Positions 10,191-20,424 of a stretch of 64,000 nt of DNA are shown here, piece by piece. A program made the translations under genes and the position numbers. A model generated the notes under the pieces. It was not told the DNA's origin, did not search any database, and saw only the letters and a list, made by a program, of their open reading frames with translations. This DNA comes from an uncultured Fibrobacterota bacterium (GTDB lineage Bacteria > Fibrobacterota > Chitinivibrionia > Chitinivibrionales > CAYFVL01), in contig CAZPHU010000003.1 in NCBI GenBank assembly GCA_964586285.1, forward strand, positions 5,049-69,048, in the 5' to 3' direction. Every line of letters starts with the position of its first letter. The first letter of the stretch is position 1.

Positions 10191-10883
10191 TTATGAAAGA
10201 CACAATCTGTTAAGCAACTTATATATTTCGGTGTTGGTTTCTTTACATAAATGCAGTAATTTTTCGATTTCCTCCGCCGACTGTACATATTTGTCTTTCG
10301 TGAGTTCGCCGCCGCATTCGGAGATAATTTTTTTTACTCCGGTGGGAGTCATTTCCAGATGAAACTGCATTGCTACTACACGATCTTCATAAGTAAAACA
10401 TTGATTTTCGCATGCTGCACTTCTTGCCACATGCACACACCCTTTTGGTATTTCAAAAATTTCTCCGTGCCAATGAAAAACTGGAATAACCTCGGGTAAT
10501 TCGACTAAACTTTGTGCGCCCAGCGATTCCTTCACTACATAAACAGGAAACCACCCGATTTCTTTTCGAATATGTTTTCTTACCCTTGCCCCCATCACCG
10601 ATGCTATCATTTGTGCTCCTAAACATATTCCCAGTATTTTTTTGCCTGAAATAATCGCCTCTTCAATGAATTTCTTTTCATCTTTAAGCCACGGATAAGC
10701 ATTCTCCTGGGAAACACTCATTGGCCCCCCCATAATTACAAGAAGCGAATAGCGGTGATCGGTCGGAAGAATATCTCCCGCATATTGTCTTGTAATGGTA
10801 AGGGAGAGGGAATTATTCGACGCCCACTGCTCAATAGCAGCGGGGCCTTCGAATGGTACGTGTTTAATAACATGTATATGCAT
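10191..10883 (-). CDS. Class I (type 1) glutamine amidotransferase-like protein
   Basis: GATase1 pattern: LVIMGGPMS, the nucleophile elbow GICLGAQ, and FHWHGE / QFHLE. Confidence 0.75.
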   Translation of the reverse strand: MHIHVIKHVPFEGPAAIEQWASNNSLSLTITRQYAGDILPTDHRYSLLVIMGGPMSVSQENAYPWLKDEKKFIEEAIISGKKILGICLGAQMIASVMGARVRKHIRKEIGWFPVYVVKESLGAQSLVELPEVIPVFHWHGEIFEIPKGCVHVARSAACENQCFTYEDRVVAMQFHLEMTPTGVKKIISECGGELTKDKYVQSAEEIEKLLHLCKETNTEIYKLLNRLCLS

Positions 10884-11127
10884 TCAGAATTTCCTTGCTT
10901 CCGCGAGAGTTGTTGCTCTCTTTTAGTATTCTATCCCCAAAAGCTGCCGTCGAGATCGCAAACATAATGAATTTTTTTCCTGGAATACTTACGGCATTTT
11001 TAGAGCAACAAAATCCGGTCTCCACAAATGCAAACCCGGCATTCATGATGGAAACCAGGAAAGCTGCTACAAGAACCCAAAGGGTATCAACCATGTTTAT
11101 CGTTGTCCCGTTCTGCGCCAAAACCAC
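10864..11127 (-). pseudogene. 5' remnant of an Amt-family ammonium transporter
   Basis: MVDTLWVLVAAFLVSIMNAGFAFVETGFCCSKNAVSI...FIMFAISTAAFG matches, from memory, the conserved TM1-TM2 region of Amt/MEP proteins. Similarity ends after about 65-70 residues, where the reading frame runs into the amidotransferase gene. Confidence 0.5.
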
Positions 11128-11245
11128 GCCTGTAAAAAAAACACTGAAAGGGAGCTACCTTTCGCGGCTAAATCTCATGCAGAATCTCCTGCTTGACACA
11201 TAATCGTTTAATTTTTTGTTCAATACTGAACCGCCCCCCCATATT

Positions 11246-11261
11246 TGCAAGCAGTATACCA
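11246..11261 (-). promoter_or_regulatory. Sigma-54 promoter facing the amt remnant
   Basis: The minus strand reads TGGTATACTGCTTGCA, with GG and GC at the canonical -24/-12 spacing. It lies about 120 nt upstream of the remnant start. Confidence 0.55.
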
Positions 11262-11422
11262 AATTACTTTCAGGGTCTCTTTATACTGTATCAACCTTTT
11301 TCTTTTTTCGGGAAGATACAAATTTGTGTTATCGCATCTTCTTGTTACAAATATGTGTCGTTTACTCGCAGGGCGGATTTGCCCCATTCAAAGAATTTAC
11401 TGTTTTAAAACAGATATTTATG

Positions 11423-11438
11423 TGGCTTCATTTTTGCT
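11423..11438 (+). promoter_or_regulatory. Sigma-54-type promoter upstream of the activator-like gene and ptsP
   Basis: TGGCTTCATTTTTGCT has GG and GC at canonical spacing and a TTTGCT -12 element. It lies about 85 nt upstream of the start at 11520. Confidence 0.45.
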
Positions 11439-11519
11439 TTTCAGGCGTTTACGTGAAAAATCGTCTTAAGTTAAGACCTGAATTTCTCTTTACAATGTGG
11501 ACTATATCCCGATATATAT

Positions 11520-12485
11520 ATGCGTCAAAAAGAATATAATGCGTTATTAGGAACCAGCGAATCGATTCAAAGAATTCGTGAGGCTATCGAACGAGTTGCA
11601 CAAACCTCCACTCCTGTGCTGGTAACCGGGGAGACCGGTACGGGAAAGGAATCGGTAGCACGCAAGATACACGAGCGTTCACGATATTCCAGGGGCCCTT
11701 TTGTACCGATCAATTGTCCTTCCTTGACCGATTCGGCACTCCAGAAGGGTTTGATGATTCAAACACCGTCTCACGGCCTCAAACATAGTTACCAGTCGTT
11801 AAAAGATGTTCATAATGGTACCGTTTTCCTTAATGAAATAGGTGAGCTGCCTTTAAGCGGTCAAGGTATTTTGCTTGAAGTTCTTCAAAAATGGGACACA
11901 CACAGGATGGAAATGGAAAAAAACAATTATGCAGCGCGATTCATTGCCTCTACAAGTCGTGACCTCATTCAATTTGTTGAATGTGGTGACTTTCGAAAAG
12001 ATCTCTACTATCGAATCAATGTTTTCTCTATTACACTACCGATGTTACGCGAGCGAGTACCGGATATAATTCTCCTGGTTGACCACATGCTTGATATCTA
12101 CAGGAAAAGATATAAAAAAGCCATTCAAACGATTTCACCACAGGCACTTGAGCTGCTAACATTATACACATGGCCGGGAAATGTCAGAGAACTGGAAAAT
12201 GTGATCGAACATGCCGTTCTGATATCAGCCGGCGATGTAGTGGAGGCACATGACCTGCCCCCATGGATGCAAATACCCGGCAGTGATGAGCAAAATCATG
12301 ACACTTTTAAAAATCTGATTGCCGCCTACGAAAAGAAAATCATTACAAATGCCTTGGAAACTGCGCGAGGTAATCAAACGGAAGCGGCAAGGCTTCTGGG
12401 AACCACCAAGAGAGTCATTCAATACAAGGTGCGTCTTTATCATATAGATTATCGAAAATATAGAAGTAATCATCATTACCCTTAA
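11520..12485 (+). CDS. Sigma-54-activator-like AAA+/HTH protein without a sensory domain and without GAFTGA
   Basis: Walker A GETGTGKE, sensor II WPGNVRELEN and a C-terminal Fis-type HTH (GNQTEAARLLGTTKRVIQYKV). The ESELFGHEKGAFTGA region is replaced by QKGLMIQTPSHGLKH. Walker B reads FLNEIGE (Asn where Asp is expected). Confidence 0.75.
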   Translation: MRQKEYNALLGTSESIQRIREAIERVAQTSTPVLVTGETGTGKESVARKIHERSRYSRGPFVPINCPSLTDSALQKGLMIQTPSHGLKHSYQSLKDVHNGTVFLNEIGELPLSGQGILLEVLQKWDTHRMEMEKNNYAARFIASTSRDLIQFVECGDFRKDLYYRINVFSITLPMLRERVPDIILLVDHMLDIYRKRYKKAIQTISPQALELLTLYTWPGNVRELENVIEHAVLISAGDVVEAHDLPPWMQIPGSDEQNHDTFKNLIAAYEKKIITNALETARGNQTEAARLLGTTKRVIQYKVRLYHIDYRKYRSNHHYP

Positions 12486-12634
12486 GCCGTATTTTCAAAT
12501 GTTTTTGAAACCAGGTGCAGTGAGGATAAAATATGGAGAACATAGGCGGAGGGAATGTATTTTTGTACTCGTGCCAATAATATGCACAATCGAACAAAAA
12601 ATGGACATTTTGCAACTAAACCGCGATTTTTTAA

Positions 12635-14878
12635 ATGGACCATATTAAGCTGCTCTGCGATATCGGAGAACTAAACTGGATTTTTTCAGATTCAAAGGGA
12701 ACCGGTACATTTCTACAAAAGATTGTGGCAATGGTTGCTCGTCACATGCATGCACAAGTATGCTCTGTATACCTTTTTGACCCCGCTAAAAATAAGCTTG
12801 TTCTCAAAGCGACTTTCGGACTCAACCCCACACACATAGATAAAATTGAATTGAAACACGGTGAGGGCCTGACAGGAATGGCTTTAAAAGAGCTGCGGCC
12901 AATATGCGAAAGTAACAGCAGTGCTCATCCCAATTACAAATTCTTCAACGGCTCCTTTGAAGAAAACTACGAATCGTTTTTGGCTGTCCCGATGCTTAGG
13001 GGAATAGAGAAAATCGGGGTACTTGTCGTTCAGCGAAAGCAGGATTTTCCATTCACGGAAACCGATATCATTGCAATGCGTGCTGTATCAAACCAGTTGG
13101 CCAATATTGTAGAAAACGCGCGAGCGCTGTTGTCACTTAACAGTAAGACCGAAAATTCACTTGAAAAAGTGGAACCTGCACTCGAAAAGTTTTTGAAGGG
13201 AAAGATTGCCAGTACAGGTTTTGCTTACGGCCAAATAACCGTAGAAGAAAAAAACAAGGCACTGGCAAATTTCAGAACAAAACAGTATTCTCGCGTATAC
13301 ACTCTGGAGGAGTTTGAAAAAGCCATCAGCCATACTATGCATCAGCTGGAGGCATTTCAAGAGCATGTCGAAGAGCAGCTGTCGGATGTTGCTTCTCTGA
13401 TATTCGCCGCTCATCTTCTTTTCCTGCAGGATGAACAGTTTATAGGTGCCATAAGACAGCTTATCATGGAAGGATTCAATCCCCCCGATGCAATATTATC
13501 GGTAGGTTTAAAATATATCGACTTGCTATCCACTAATGAAAACCCTTATTTTCGTGAAAAAGCGGATGATATCAAAGATTTGACCCTACGAATCATGCAC
13601 AATATGATTAGCGGGGAGAATACACTAGGAAACTACCGGGATAGAATAGTTGTGGCACGTGAACTCCTGCCTTCGGACATCCTGAAGATCAGTATCGAAG
13701 GAGCCTCGGGAGTCATTCTGGTTGGTGGTGGCGTAACAAGCCACTTGAGCATTTTAGCCCGATCCTTGCGCATGCCTATGGTTATCGCGGATAATTCCAG
13801 ATTACTGAAGCTTCCCGAGACCACCCGTATTCTAATGGATGGGGAGCTTGGAAATATCTACATAAACCCAAACAGAGAGATAATTGCCACTTTTGAAATC
13901 CGGGACAAGGCTCGTAAGCACAGTCGTGCTGTAAGAGGAAGGGGCAAAAACCGGATATTTACTCAAGATAATGTCCGTATTCAACTGCTTAGCAATATCA
14001 ACTTACTTACCGATTTACAGGCTGCTCAGGAGCTTGGATGCGAGGGAATAGGACTGTATCGTTCGGAATTCCCTTTTATAATCCGCAACAATTTTCCTTC
14101 CGAGCAGGAACAATATGTAGTATATCGTAAGCTTGTGGAGGGTATGCCCAAAAAACCCATTGTTTTTAGAACCTTGGATATCGGAGGAGACAAAGTACTG
14201 TCCTATTATGACAGTTTTAAAGAGCAGAATCCTTTTCTTGGTATGCGCTCGATTCGTTTTACCCTGAATAAAAGAGATGTTTTTATTCAGCAGCTACGCG
14301 CGATTTTACGCGCCGGTTTCGATGCAGACCTTAGAATAATGTTCCCCATGATCTCTTCATTGGATGAGCTGCATTCCGCACGAGCCTTAGTAGATGATTG
14401 CATAAGACAGCTTGGTTGCGAAGGTGATCGATTCAACAACAAACCGCAAATCGGCATGATGGTGGAAATCCCCTCCGTTATCGAGCTTATCGATGAATTT
14501 GCACATGTGGTTGATTTCTTCTCTATCGGCACAAACGATCTTATCCAATACCTGCTCGCTGTTGACAGAACGAATGAAAAAGTTTCCCACCTGTATTTGC
14601 CTCATCATCCTGCGGTACTCAGAGCGATGGATCGGATAGTTAAGGCTGCAGTCGAAAATGACACACCAGTAAGCGTTTGCGGTGATATGGCGCATAATTC
14701 CCAGTACCTGCCCTTCTTGATCGGAATAGGCCTCAAATCGTTTAGTATCGATCCTTTTTTTATCCCCTCGGTGCAAAAGAAGATTGAAGGAATTGATACT
14801 GAACAGGCACGAAATTTGGCGAAAAGTGTTCTTCAGACCGCCGAGATTTCGAAGATAGAAAAAATTTTGGAGCTTTAG
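12635..14878 (+). CDS. ptsP: GAF-domain phosphoenolpyruvate-protein phosphotransferase (Enzyme I-Ntr type)
   Basis: N-terminal GAF domain, the phospho-His region GGGVTSHLSILARSLRMPMV, and PEP-binding motifs SIGTNDLIQYLLAVDR and VSVCGDMA. Confidence 0.88.
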   Translation: MDHIKLLCDIGELNWIFSDSKGTGTFLQKIVAMVARHMHAQVCSVYLFDPAKNKLVLKATFGLNPTHIDKIELKHGEGLTGMALKELRPICESNSSAHPNYKFFNGSFEENYESFLAVPMLRGIEKIGVLVVQRKQDFPFTETDIIAMRAVSNQLANIVENARALLSLNSKTENSLEKVEPALEKFLKGKIASTGFAYGQITVEEKNKALANFRTKQYSRVYTLEEFEKAISHTMHQLEAFQEHVEEQLSDVASLIFAAHLLFLQDEQFIGAIRQLIMEGFNPPDAILSVGLKYIDLLSTNENPYFREKADDIKDLTLRIMHNMISGENTLGNYRDRIVVARELLPSDILKISIEGASGVILVGGGVTSHLSILARSLRMPMVIADNSRLLKLPETTRILMDGELGNIYINPNREIIATFEIRDKARKHSRAVRGRGKNRIFTQDNVRIQLLSNINLLTDLQAAQELGCEGIGLYRSEFPFIIRNNFPSEQEQYVVYRKLVEGMPKKPIVFRTLDIGGDKVLSYYDSFKEQNPFLGMRSIRFTLNKRDVFIQQLRAILRAGFDADLRIMFPMISSLDELHSARALVDDCIRQLGCEGDRFNNKPQIGMMVEIPSVIELIDEFAHVVDFFSIGTNDLIQYLLAVDRTNEKVSHLYLPHHPAVLRAMDRIVKAAVENDTPVSVCGDMAHNSQYLPFLIGIGLKSFSIDPFFIPSVQKKIEGIDTEQARNLAKSVLQTAEISKIEKILEL

Positions 14879-15089
14879 ATTAAGTTGCGCACTGATGTGG
14901 AGAAAAAGCATCATATCAGTTCTATCAGCACCATTGAAAACGGCTTACCGCTGTTAGTTTATAGAGGAGCGAATATTAAGCTCCGCCCCAATATCACTCC
15001 TCCCTGAGACGTTTGCAAATCAGAAGAATCACAATTTAAAAGCACTATCGTGTACGTTCCAAACCGTTCGCAAACAAGCAAATAACATC

Positions 15090-16862
15090 CTACAAATTCG
15101 TCGGCAGAATCTTTATATGTAACTCTTCAAGCTGCTCCTTGGTAACATTACCCGGTGCGTTCATAAGAAGATCCTGCGCGCGCTGATTCATGGGAAATGC
15201 AATCACCTCCCGGATGTTCTGGGCACCTGTGATAAGCATCACCATTCGGTCTATGCCCGGGGCGATTCCACCGTGAGGTGGTGCGCCGCGCTTGAACGCG
15301 TTAATCATACCACCAAACTTCTCATCGACAACGGATTTGTCGTAGCCCGCGATCTCAAATGCCTTGTACATGATATCGGGGCGATGGTTTCTGATTGCTC
15401 CGCTTGACAGCTCTACACCGTTACACACAATATCGTACTGATATGCCTTTATATGCAACGGGTCCTTTTCAAGCAACGCCTCCATCCCTCCCTGGGGCAT
15501 GGAGAAAGGATTGTGACTGAAAGCCACTGATTTTGTTTCTTCATCCCACTCAAACATCGGGAAATCCACCACCCAGCAGAACCGATACACATCTTTTTCG
15601 ATCAGGTCAAGCTCCGCTGCAAGCTTCACACGAACATCACCTGCTATTCTCGAAGCATTCTTTTCGTCGTCACAGACAAAAAACACGACATCACCCGTAG
15701 ACACTCCACACGCCTTTGCTATGGCGCCTATCTTTTCCTCATTCAAAAACTTTGCAATCGGCCCTTTAACAGTATCTCCATTCCATACCAGATATGCAAG
15801 TCCCTTGGATCCGACCGATTGAGCATATTCGACCATCCGATCAAAGAAACTTCTGGGTCGATCCGATATGGATTTGACCCCGAAAGCCCGAACAACCGCG
15901 CCTTTTTTCACCGCCGCACTGAATGCGCGAAACTCCGAATCGACGAAAATCCCCGACACATCGGTGATTTCAATAGGAATACGCAAATCGGGTTTATCTG
16001 TACCATACTTAAGCATCGCCTCATGATATGGAATGCGCACAAACGGGGGTTTATCCAGTTTCGTTTTGCTGAATTCATCAAATACCCCGTGCAAAACATC
16101 CTCAACTACAGTGAATATTTCATCCTGTGTAACAAAGGACATCTCAATATCAAGCTGATAAAACTCACCGGGGGAACGATCCGCCCGCGCATCTTCATCG
16201 CGAAAACAGGGAGCTATCTGGAAGTATTTGTCAAAACCCGCCACCATCATCAGCTGTTTAAATTGCTGCGGCGCCTGCGGGAGAGCATAAAACTTGCCCG
16301 GGTGTACTCTGGAAGGCACCAGATAATCGCGCGCTCCCTCGGGACTGGAGCTGGTGAGAATAGGTGTTTGAAACTCGCTAAACCCAAGCGCCATCATTCG
16401 CCGTCGAATAGAGGAAATAATCTTCGAGCGGGTTATTATGTTCTGATGTATAGTGGGACGGCGCAGATCCAGATACCGGTACTTCAGACGCAAATCCTCA
16501 CTCACTTCTTCTTCCTGAAACACCGTGAAAGGCAGAGATTCGCAAGTACCAAGCACCTCGAAATCATCCACCACAACTTCTATTTCACCGGTAGGCATAT
16601 TTGGGTTTACGTTCTCTTCCGATCTGAAAACCACTTCCCCGTCGACACGAATCACCGTCTCTTTGGGCAGATGTCCGACCTCGTACTGAAAGGATGCCGT
16701 TGGATGAACAACGACCTGAGTTAAGCCGTAGTTATCACGCAAATCGATAAATAAAATGCCGCCATGATCGCGTCGATTATGAATCCATCCGGACAAGCGT
16801 ACCCGCTTACCGATATCTTCTTTGCGCAGCTGATCACACAAATGGGTACGATACTCATGCAT
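15090..16862 (-). CDS. aspS: Aspartate--tRNA ligase
   Basis: Full-length class IIb synthetase: N-terminal OB fold ([22 protein letters not shown]) and motifs [18 protein letters not shown] and [12 protein letters not shown]. Confidence 0.95.
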   Translation of the reverse strand: MHEYRTHLCDQLRKEDIGKRVRLSGWIHNRRDHGGILFIDLRDNYGLTQVVVHPTASFQYEVGHLPKETVIRVDGEVVFRSEENVNPNMPTGEIEVVVDDFEVLGTCESLPFTVFQEEEVSEDLRLKYRYLDLRRPTIHQNIITRSKIISSIRRRMMALGFSEFQTPILTSSSPEGARDYLVPSRVHPGKFYALPQAPQQFKQLMMVAGFDKYFQIAPCFRDEDARADRSPGEFYQLDIEMSFVTQDEIFTVVEDVLHGVFDEFSKTKLDKPPFVRIPYHEAMLKYGTDKPDLRIPIEITDVSGIFVDSEFRAFSAAVKKGAVVRAFGVKSISDRPRSFFDRMVEYAQSVGSKGLAYLVWNGDTVKGPIAKFLNEEKIGAIAKACGVSTGDVVFFVCDDEKNASRIAGDVRVKLAAELDLIEKDVYRFCWVVDFPMFEWDEETKSVAFSHNPFSMPQGGMEALLEKDPLHIKAYQYDIVCNGVELSSGAIRNHRPDIMYKAFEIAGYDKSVVDEKFGGMINAFKRGAPPHGGIAPGIDRMVMLITGAQNIREVIAFPMNQRAQDLLMNAPGNVTKEQLEELHIKILPTNL

Positions 16863-17075
16863 GCTCGAAAAGCCTTTTCATTATAAGATGATACGAAACA
16901 AATTTCATACTTGAAAAAACAAGGAATTAAAAATACTATTTGGTATTAACACTCCCCGCATCCGACCATATCAGGCCGATAACCATCTTATAAAAGTTAA
17001 AAAGTGCCTGAGTAAGTATCATCTTTTCCCTTGAACTGTTTAAATGCGGCTACACGCGCACTTTCGGAGCGCCTC

Positions 17076-18842
17076 ATGAACGATATGAAAAAGACCAAAC
17101 GCGAACTTGTGGAGGAACTTAACCTTCTCCGTCTTAACGCCGGGACAGTTGTCCAATCGCGGCAGAGTTTTAACGAAAAACCCGATATGGCCGAGGTCTT
17201 GATGAAATACTCCCATGAGGGCATTGTGATCACGGATGCGGAAGGTATCATTCTAAAGGCGAACAGGGAATTTCGAGTCATTTCCGGTTTTTCTTCAAAT
17301 GAATTGTTGGGAAAAAAAACAAACCTTCAGCGATCCAACCGCCACGGAACCTCTTTTTATCACAGCATGTGGCAGGAACTCACAGAAAAAGGATACTGGC
17401 GGGGTAAGATCTGGAATAGACGTAAGAGCGGGCAAATCTATCTGGCTCATCTGACGATTTCAGCCATTAAGGATGAAAATGGCGCTACCATCAATTACGT
17501 AGGATTTGTTGATGATATATCCAGATACTCGCGGGATTTTCAGGAGCAGACCTACTATGATGTGCTTACAGGTTTGCCAAATAGAATACTTCTGAATGAT
17601 CGACTGGATTTCATGCTGGCTCACGCCCGGAGAAACGGCCAGATTCTTGCCGTTTTATTCATGGACCTCGATCGTTTCAAGGTGGCAAACGATTCCCTGG
17701 GCTATAACGGAGGGGATCAACTGTTGCAACTGGTAGCCGAGCGCCTTAAAAAGACTGTTAGGGAGGTTGATGCGGTTTTTCGCCTGGGAAACGATGAGTT
17801 TGCCATCATACTGGAGGAAATCTCCCATATAGAGGATGCCGCTAAAGTGGCTAAAAAGATTCAGAACCTGTTTACTCAATCTTTTATTCTCCCCAGTTTC
17901 AAACACGAAATTTTCCTCAGTGCAAGTATCGGCATCAGCCTCTTTCCCTACGATGGGGTAAATATGGAGACTCTTGTAAAAAATGCCGAAAGCGCTATGC
18001 ATCGTGCCAAAGAACAGGGTGAGAACAATTATCAGCACTATACACCCAGTATGAATTCGAAGGCACTCGAACATCTTACTATAGAATATCGTCTGCATAA
18101 GGCACTTGAGCAAAATGAATTTCTTGTCTATTATCAGCCTCAGATAGATCTGAGAACCGGAAAAGTTGTAGGGGCAGAAGCTTTGGTAAGGTGGAAGCAC
18201 CCGGAGCTGGGGTTGGTGTCCCCGGGAGAATTCATTCCGATCGCGGAAGAAACAGGGTTGATAATTCCGATTGGGGAGTGGGTCCTTGCCACTGCTACAC
18301 GCCAGACTCATTTGTGGCATAAGAAAGGCTTTAATCAACTGAGAATAGCGGTAAACCTTTCGGCACGCCAGTTTCAACAGCATGATATGGTGGACAAAAT
18401 TCTGTCTATTCTCCAAAAAACCTCGCTCGAACCCAGTTTTCTGGAACTTGAAATAACCGAAAGTCTGGGCATGAAAAACGCCGCATTAACCGTAAAAACT
18501 CTTACCAGCCTTAAAAATATGGGCATTCATATCAGTATAGATGATTTTGGTACGGGGTATTCTTCCCTTAACTACCTGAAACGTTTCCCCGTGGACACCC
18601 TCAAAATCGATCAATCTTTCATTCGCGACATCTCGCTTGATCAGGGGGATGAGGCGATCGTAAGTATCATAATCGACATGGCTCATGCTCTGGGATTGAA
18701 GGTGATTGCGGAGGGGGTCGAGAACGAGATTCAGCTGGGATTTTTAAAAGGAAGATCCTGCGATCAGGTTCAGGGGTATTTATTCAGCCCCCCCATTCCA
18801 GCTCAGGCTTTCGAGCAATATCTGATGAAGAAACAATGGTAG
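17076..18842 (+). CDS. PAS-GGDEF-EAL signalling protein (GGDEF motif degenerate: GNDEF)
   Basis: PAS domain; GGDEF domain with RLGNDEF in place of RxGGDEF; EAL domain with EALVRW, DDFGTGYSS and EGVE. The ORF-track start at 17031 is TTG; the first ATG is at 17076. Confidence 0.85.
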   Translation: MNDMKKTKRELVEELNLLRLNAGTVVQSRQSFNEKPDMAEVLMKYSHEGIVITDAEGIILKANREFRVISGFSSNELLGKKTNLQRSNRHGTSFYHSMWQELTEKGYWRGKIWNRRKSGQIYLAHLTISAIKDENGATINYVGFVDDISRYSRDFQEQTYYDVLTGLPNRILLNDRLDFMLAHARRNGQILAVLFMDLDRFKVANDSLGYNGGDQLLQLVAERLKKTVREVDAVFRLGNDEFAIILEEISHIEDAAKVAKKIQNLFTQSFILPSFKHEIFLSASIGISLFPYDGVNMETLVKNAESAMHRAKEQGENNYQHYTPSMNSKALEHLTIEYRLHKALEQNEFLVYYQPQIDLRTGKVVGAEALVRWKHPELGLVSPGEFIPIAEETGLIIPIGEWVLATATRQTHLWHKKGFNQLRIAVNLSARQFQQHDMVDKILSILQKTSLEPSFLELEITESLGMKNAALTVKTLTSLKNMGIHISIDDFGTGYSSLNYLKRFPVDTLKIDQSFIRDISLDQGDEAIVSIIIDMAHALGLKVIAEGVENEIQLGFLKGRSCDQVQGYLFSPPIPAQAFEQYLMKKQW

Positions 18843-18946
18843 CCCTGTTGCATGAAATTGAGCCTCAGTTTTCCGCAAAGATTATTTTTAAAATTCTTTA
18901 AAACCTGAGCGCAGTTTTTTTTCTATTTAGCACCGCGGGAGGATGC

Positions 18947-20335
18947 ATGTCGATAAAAGTGTACCTTAATGAAGATGAAATGCCCAAGCAGTGGTATAAT
19001 ATCGCCCCGGACCTTCCAACTCCTATGCAGCCGCCACTTGCTCCCAATGGGGAAGCCCTGACTCCGGAGATGATGTCCGCGATTTTCCCGATGAATATCA
19101 TCGAGCAGGAAATGAGTACGCAGAGGTGGATCGACATACCCGAAGAGATTCAGTCCCTTCTGTACAGATGGCGCCCGGCGCCGCTTCGCAGAGCAGTAAA
19201 CCTGGAGAAGGCACTGGGAACCCCGGCCAAAATTTTCTATAAAGACGAATCTGTCTCACCTCCCGGAAGCCACAAGCCAAACACTGCCGTCGCACAGGCG
19301 TGGTACAACAAACAGGCGGGCACAAAGACAATAACCACCGAAACGGGTGCTGGTCAATGGGGTAGTGCCCTGAGTTTTGCCTGTGCTCTGGTGGGACTCA
19401 AATGCAAGGTCTTTATGGTCCGGATCAGCTTCGATCAAAAACCTTTTCGCAAAATCATGATGCAGACCTGGGGAGGTGAATGTGTGGCAAGCCCCAGCAC
19501 CGAGACCAGAGCTGGACGCTCATTCCTGGAAAAAGATCCCGATACGCCCGGAAGTCTGGGTATGGCGATTAGCGAGGCGGTCGAAATGGCGGTGGGAGAC
19601 ACAAGCGGTACAACCAAATATTCGCTTGGAAGCGTCTTAAATCATGTTATGATGCACCAAACCATAATCGGTCTGGAAGCCAAAAAGCAGCTTGAGAAAG
19701 TCGGCATCAAGAAACCGGATGTGGTTATAGGATGCGCCGGGGGTGGCAGTAACTTTGCCGGCATCGCTTTTCCTTTCATGCTCGATAAGATCAATGGAGC
19801 CGACATCGAGATAATTCCTGTTGAACCTACCAGCTGTCCGACTCTTACCAGAGGAGTATTTAACTACGACTACGGTGATGTTGTAGGCATGACTCCCCTG
19901 CTTCCCATGCATACCTTGGGTCACGGATTCGTCCCGCCTCCGATTCACGCAGGAGGTCTTCGCTACCACGGTATGTCTCCACTGGTATCTCAGGGTGTTA
20001 TCGAGGGGCTTCTTTCTCCGCGTGCCATTCATCAGTTGGAATGCTACCAGGCCGCAGTGCAGTGGGCAGGAACCGAAGGCTTTATCGTGGCGCCGGAAAC
20101 AAGTCACGCTATAGCCTGTACGGTACAGGAAGCGCTCAAGGCCAAAGAAGAAGGAAAAGAAAAAGTAATTCTTTTCAATCTTAGCGGTCACGGCTACATG
20201 GATCTTCTGGGATACTCCAAGTACTTTAACGGCGAACTCAGCGACTATACACTTCCTCAGGAAGATATCGATAAAGCCGAGGCTGAGCTTGCGAATTTCC
20301 CTAAAGCCGAAGCCAAGAAAACCGGCAAATGGTAA
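18947..20335 (+). CDS. TrpB2-type tryptophan synthase beta-like PLP enzyme (stand-alone)
   Basis: The long N-terminal extension and PPGSHKPNTAVAQA (PLP lysine), TETGAGQWGSAL and GCAGGGSNFAG are typical of TrpB2. No other trp genes are nearby. Confidence 0.85.
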   Translation: MSIKVYLNEDEMPKQWYNIAPDLPTPMQPPLAPNGEALTPEMMSAIFPMNIIEQEMSTQRWIDIPEEIQSLLYRWRPAPLRRAVNLEKALGTPAKIFYKDESVSPPGSHKPNTAVAQAWYNKQAGTKTITTETGAGQWGSALSFACALVGLKCKVFMVRISFDQKPFRKIMMQTWGGECVASPSTETRAGRSFLEKDPDTPGSLGMAISEAVEMAVGDTSGTTKYSLGSVLNHVMMHQTIIGLEAKKQLEKVGIKKPDVVIGCAGGGSNFAGIAFPFMLDKINGADIEIIPVEPTSCPTLTRGVFNYDYGDVVGMTPLLPMHTLGHGFVPPPIHAGGLRYHGMSPLVSQGVIEGLLSPRAIHQLECYQAAVQWAGTEGFIVAPETSHAIACTVQEALKAKEEGKEKVILFNLSGHGYMDLLGYSKYFNGELSDYTLPQEDIDKAEAELANFPKAEAKKTGKW

Positions 20336-20353
20336 ATACGCACCAATTAGGGG

Positions 20354-20398
20354 TGAAGAATCAAGGTAAAAGCAGGTACCTTCTTCCTTGATTCTTCA
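20354..20398 (+). terminator. Stem-loop after trpB2 (no U-tract)
   Basis: Perfect 13-bp stem TGAAGAATCAAGG / CCTTGATTCTTCA around a 19-nt loop. Because it is not followed by a T-run, terminator function is uncertain. Confidence 0.35.
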
Positions 20399-20424
20399 TT
20401 CCACCTCCAACAGGATGAGCTGAT

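Noticed and set aside
11193-11539. Three overlapping 70-107-aa plus-strand ORFs in the 11.1-11.5 kb intergenic region.
   Set aside because: They are AT-rich, mutually overlapping in different frames, Phe/Leu/Ile-biased and without RBS. The region is better explained as a divergent promoter region with two sigma-54 elements.
15819-16724. Long antisense ORFs. Examples: 301 aa inside aspS, 17655-18416 (253 aa), 24792-25550 (252 aa), 30491-31108 (205 aa), 51908-52600 (230 aa), 54823-55398 (191 aa), 58282-59172 (296 aa), 19637-20191, 14387-14914 and 40257-40751.
   Set aside because: Each lies opposite a gene with strong family motifs (aspS, GGDEF-EAL, GH5, metY, NtrC-like, EI, fbaB, trpB2, ptsP, hrpA). 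Their translations are low-complexity and Arg/Ser/His-rich with no recognisable motifs, which is typical of shadow ORFs.
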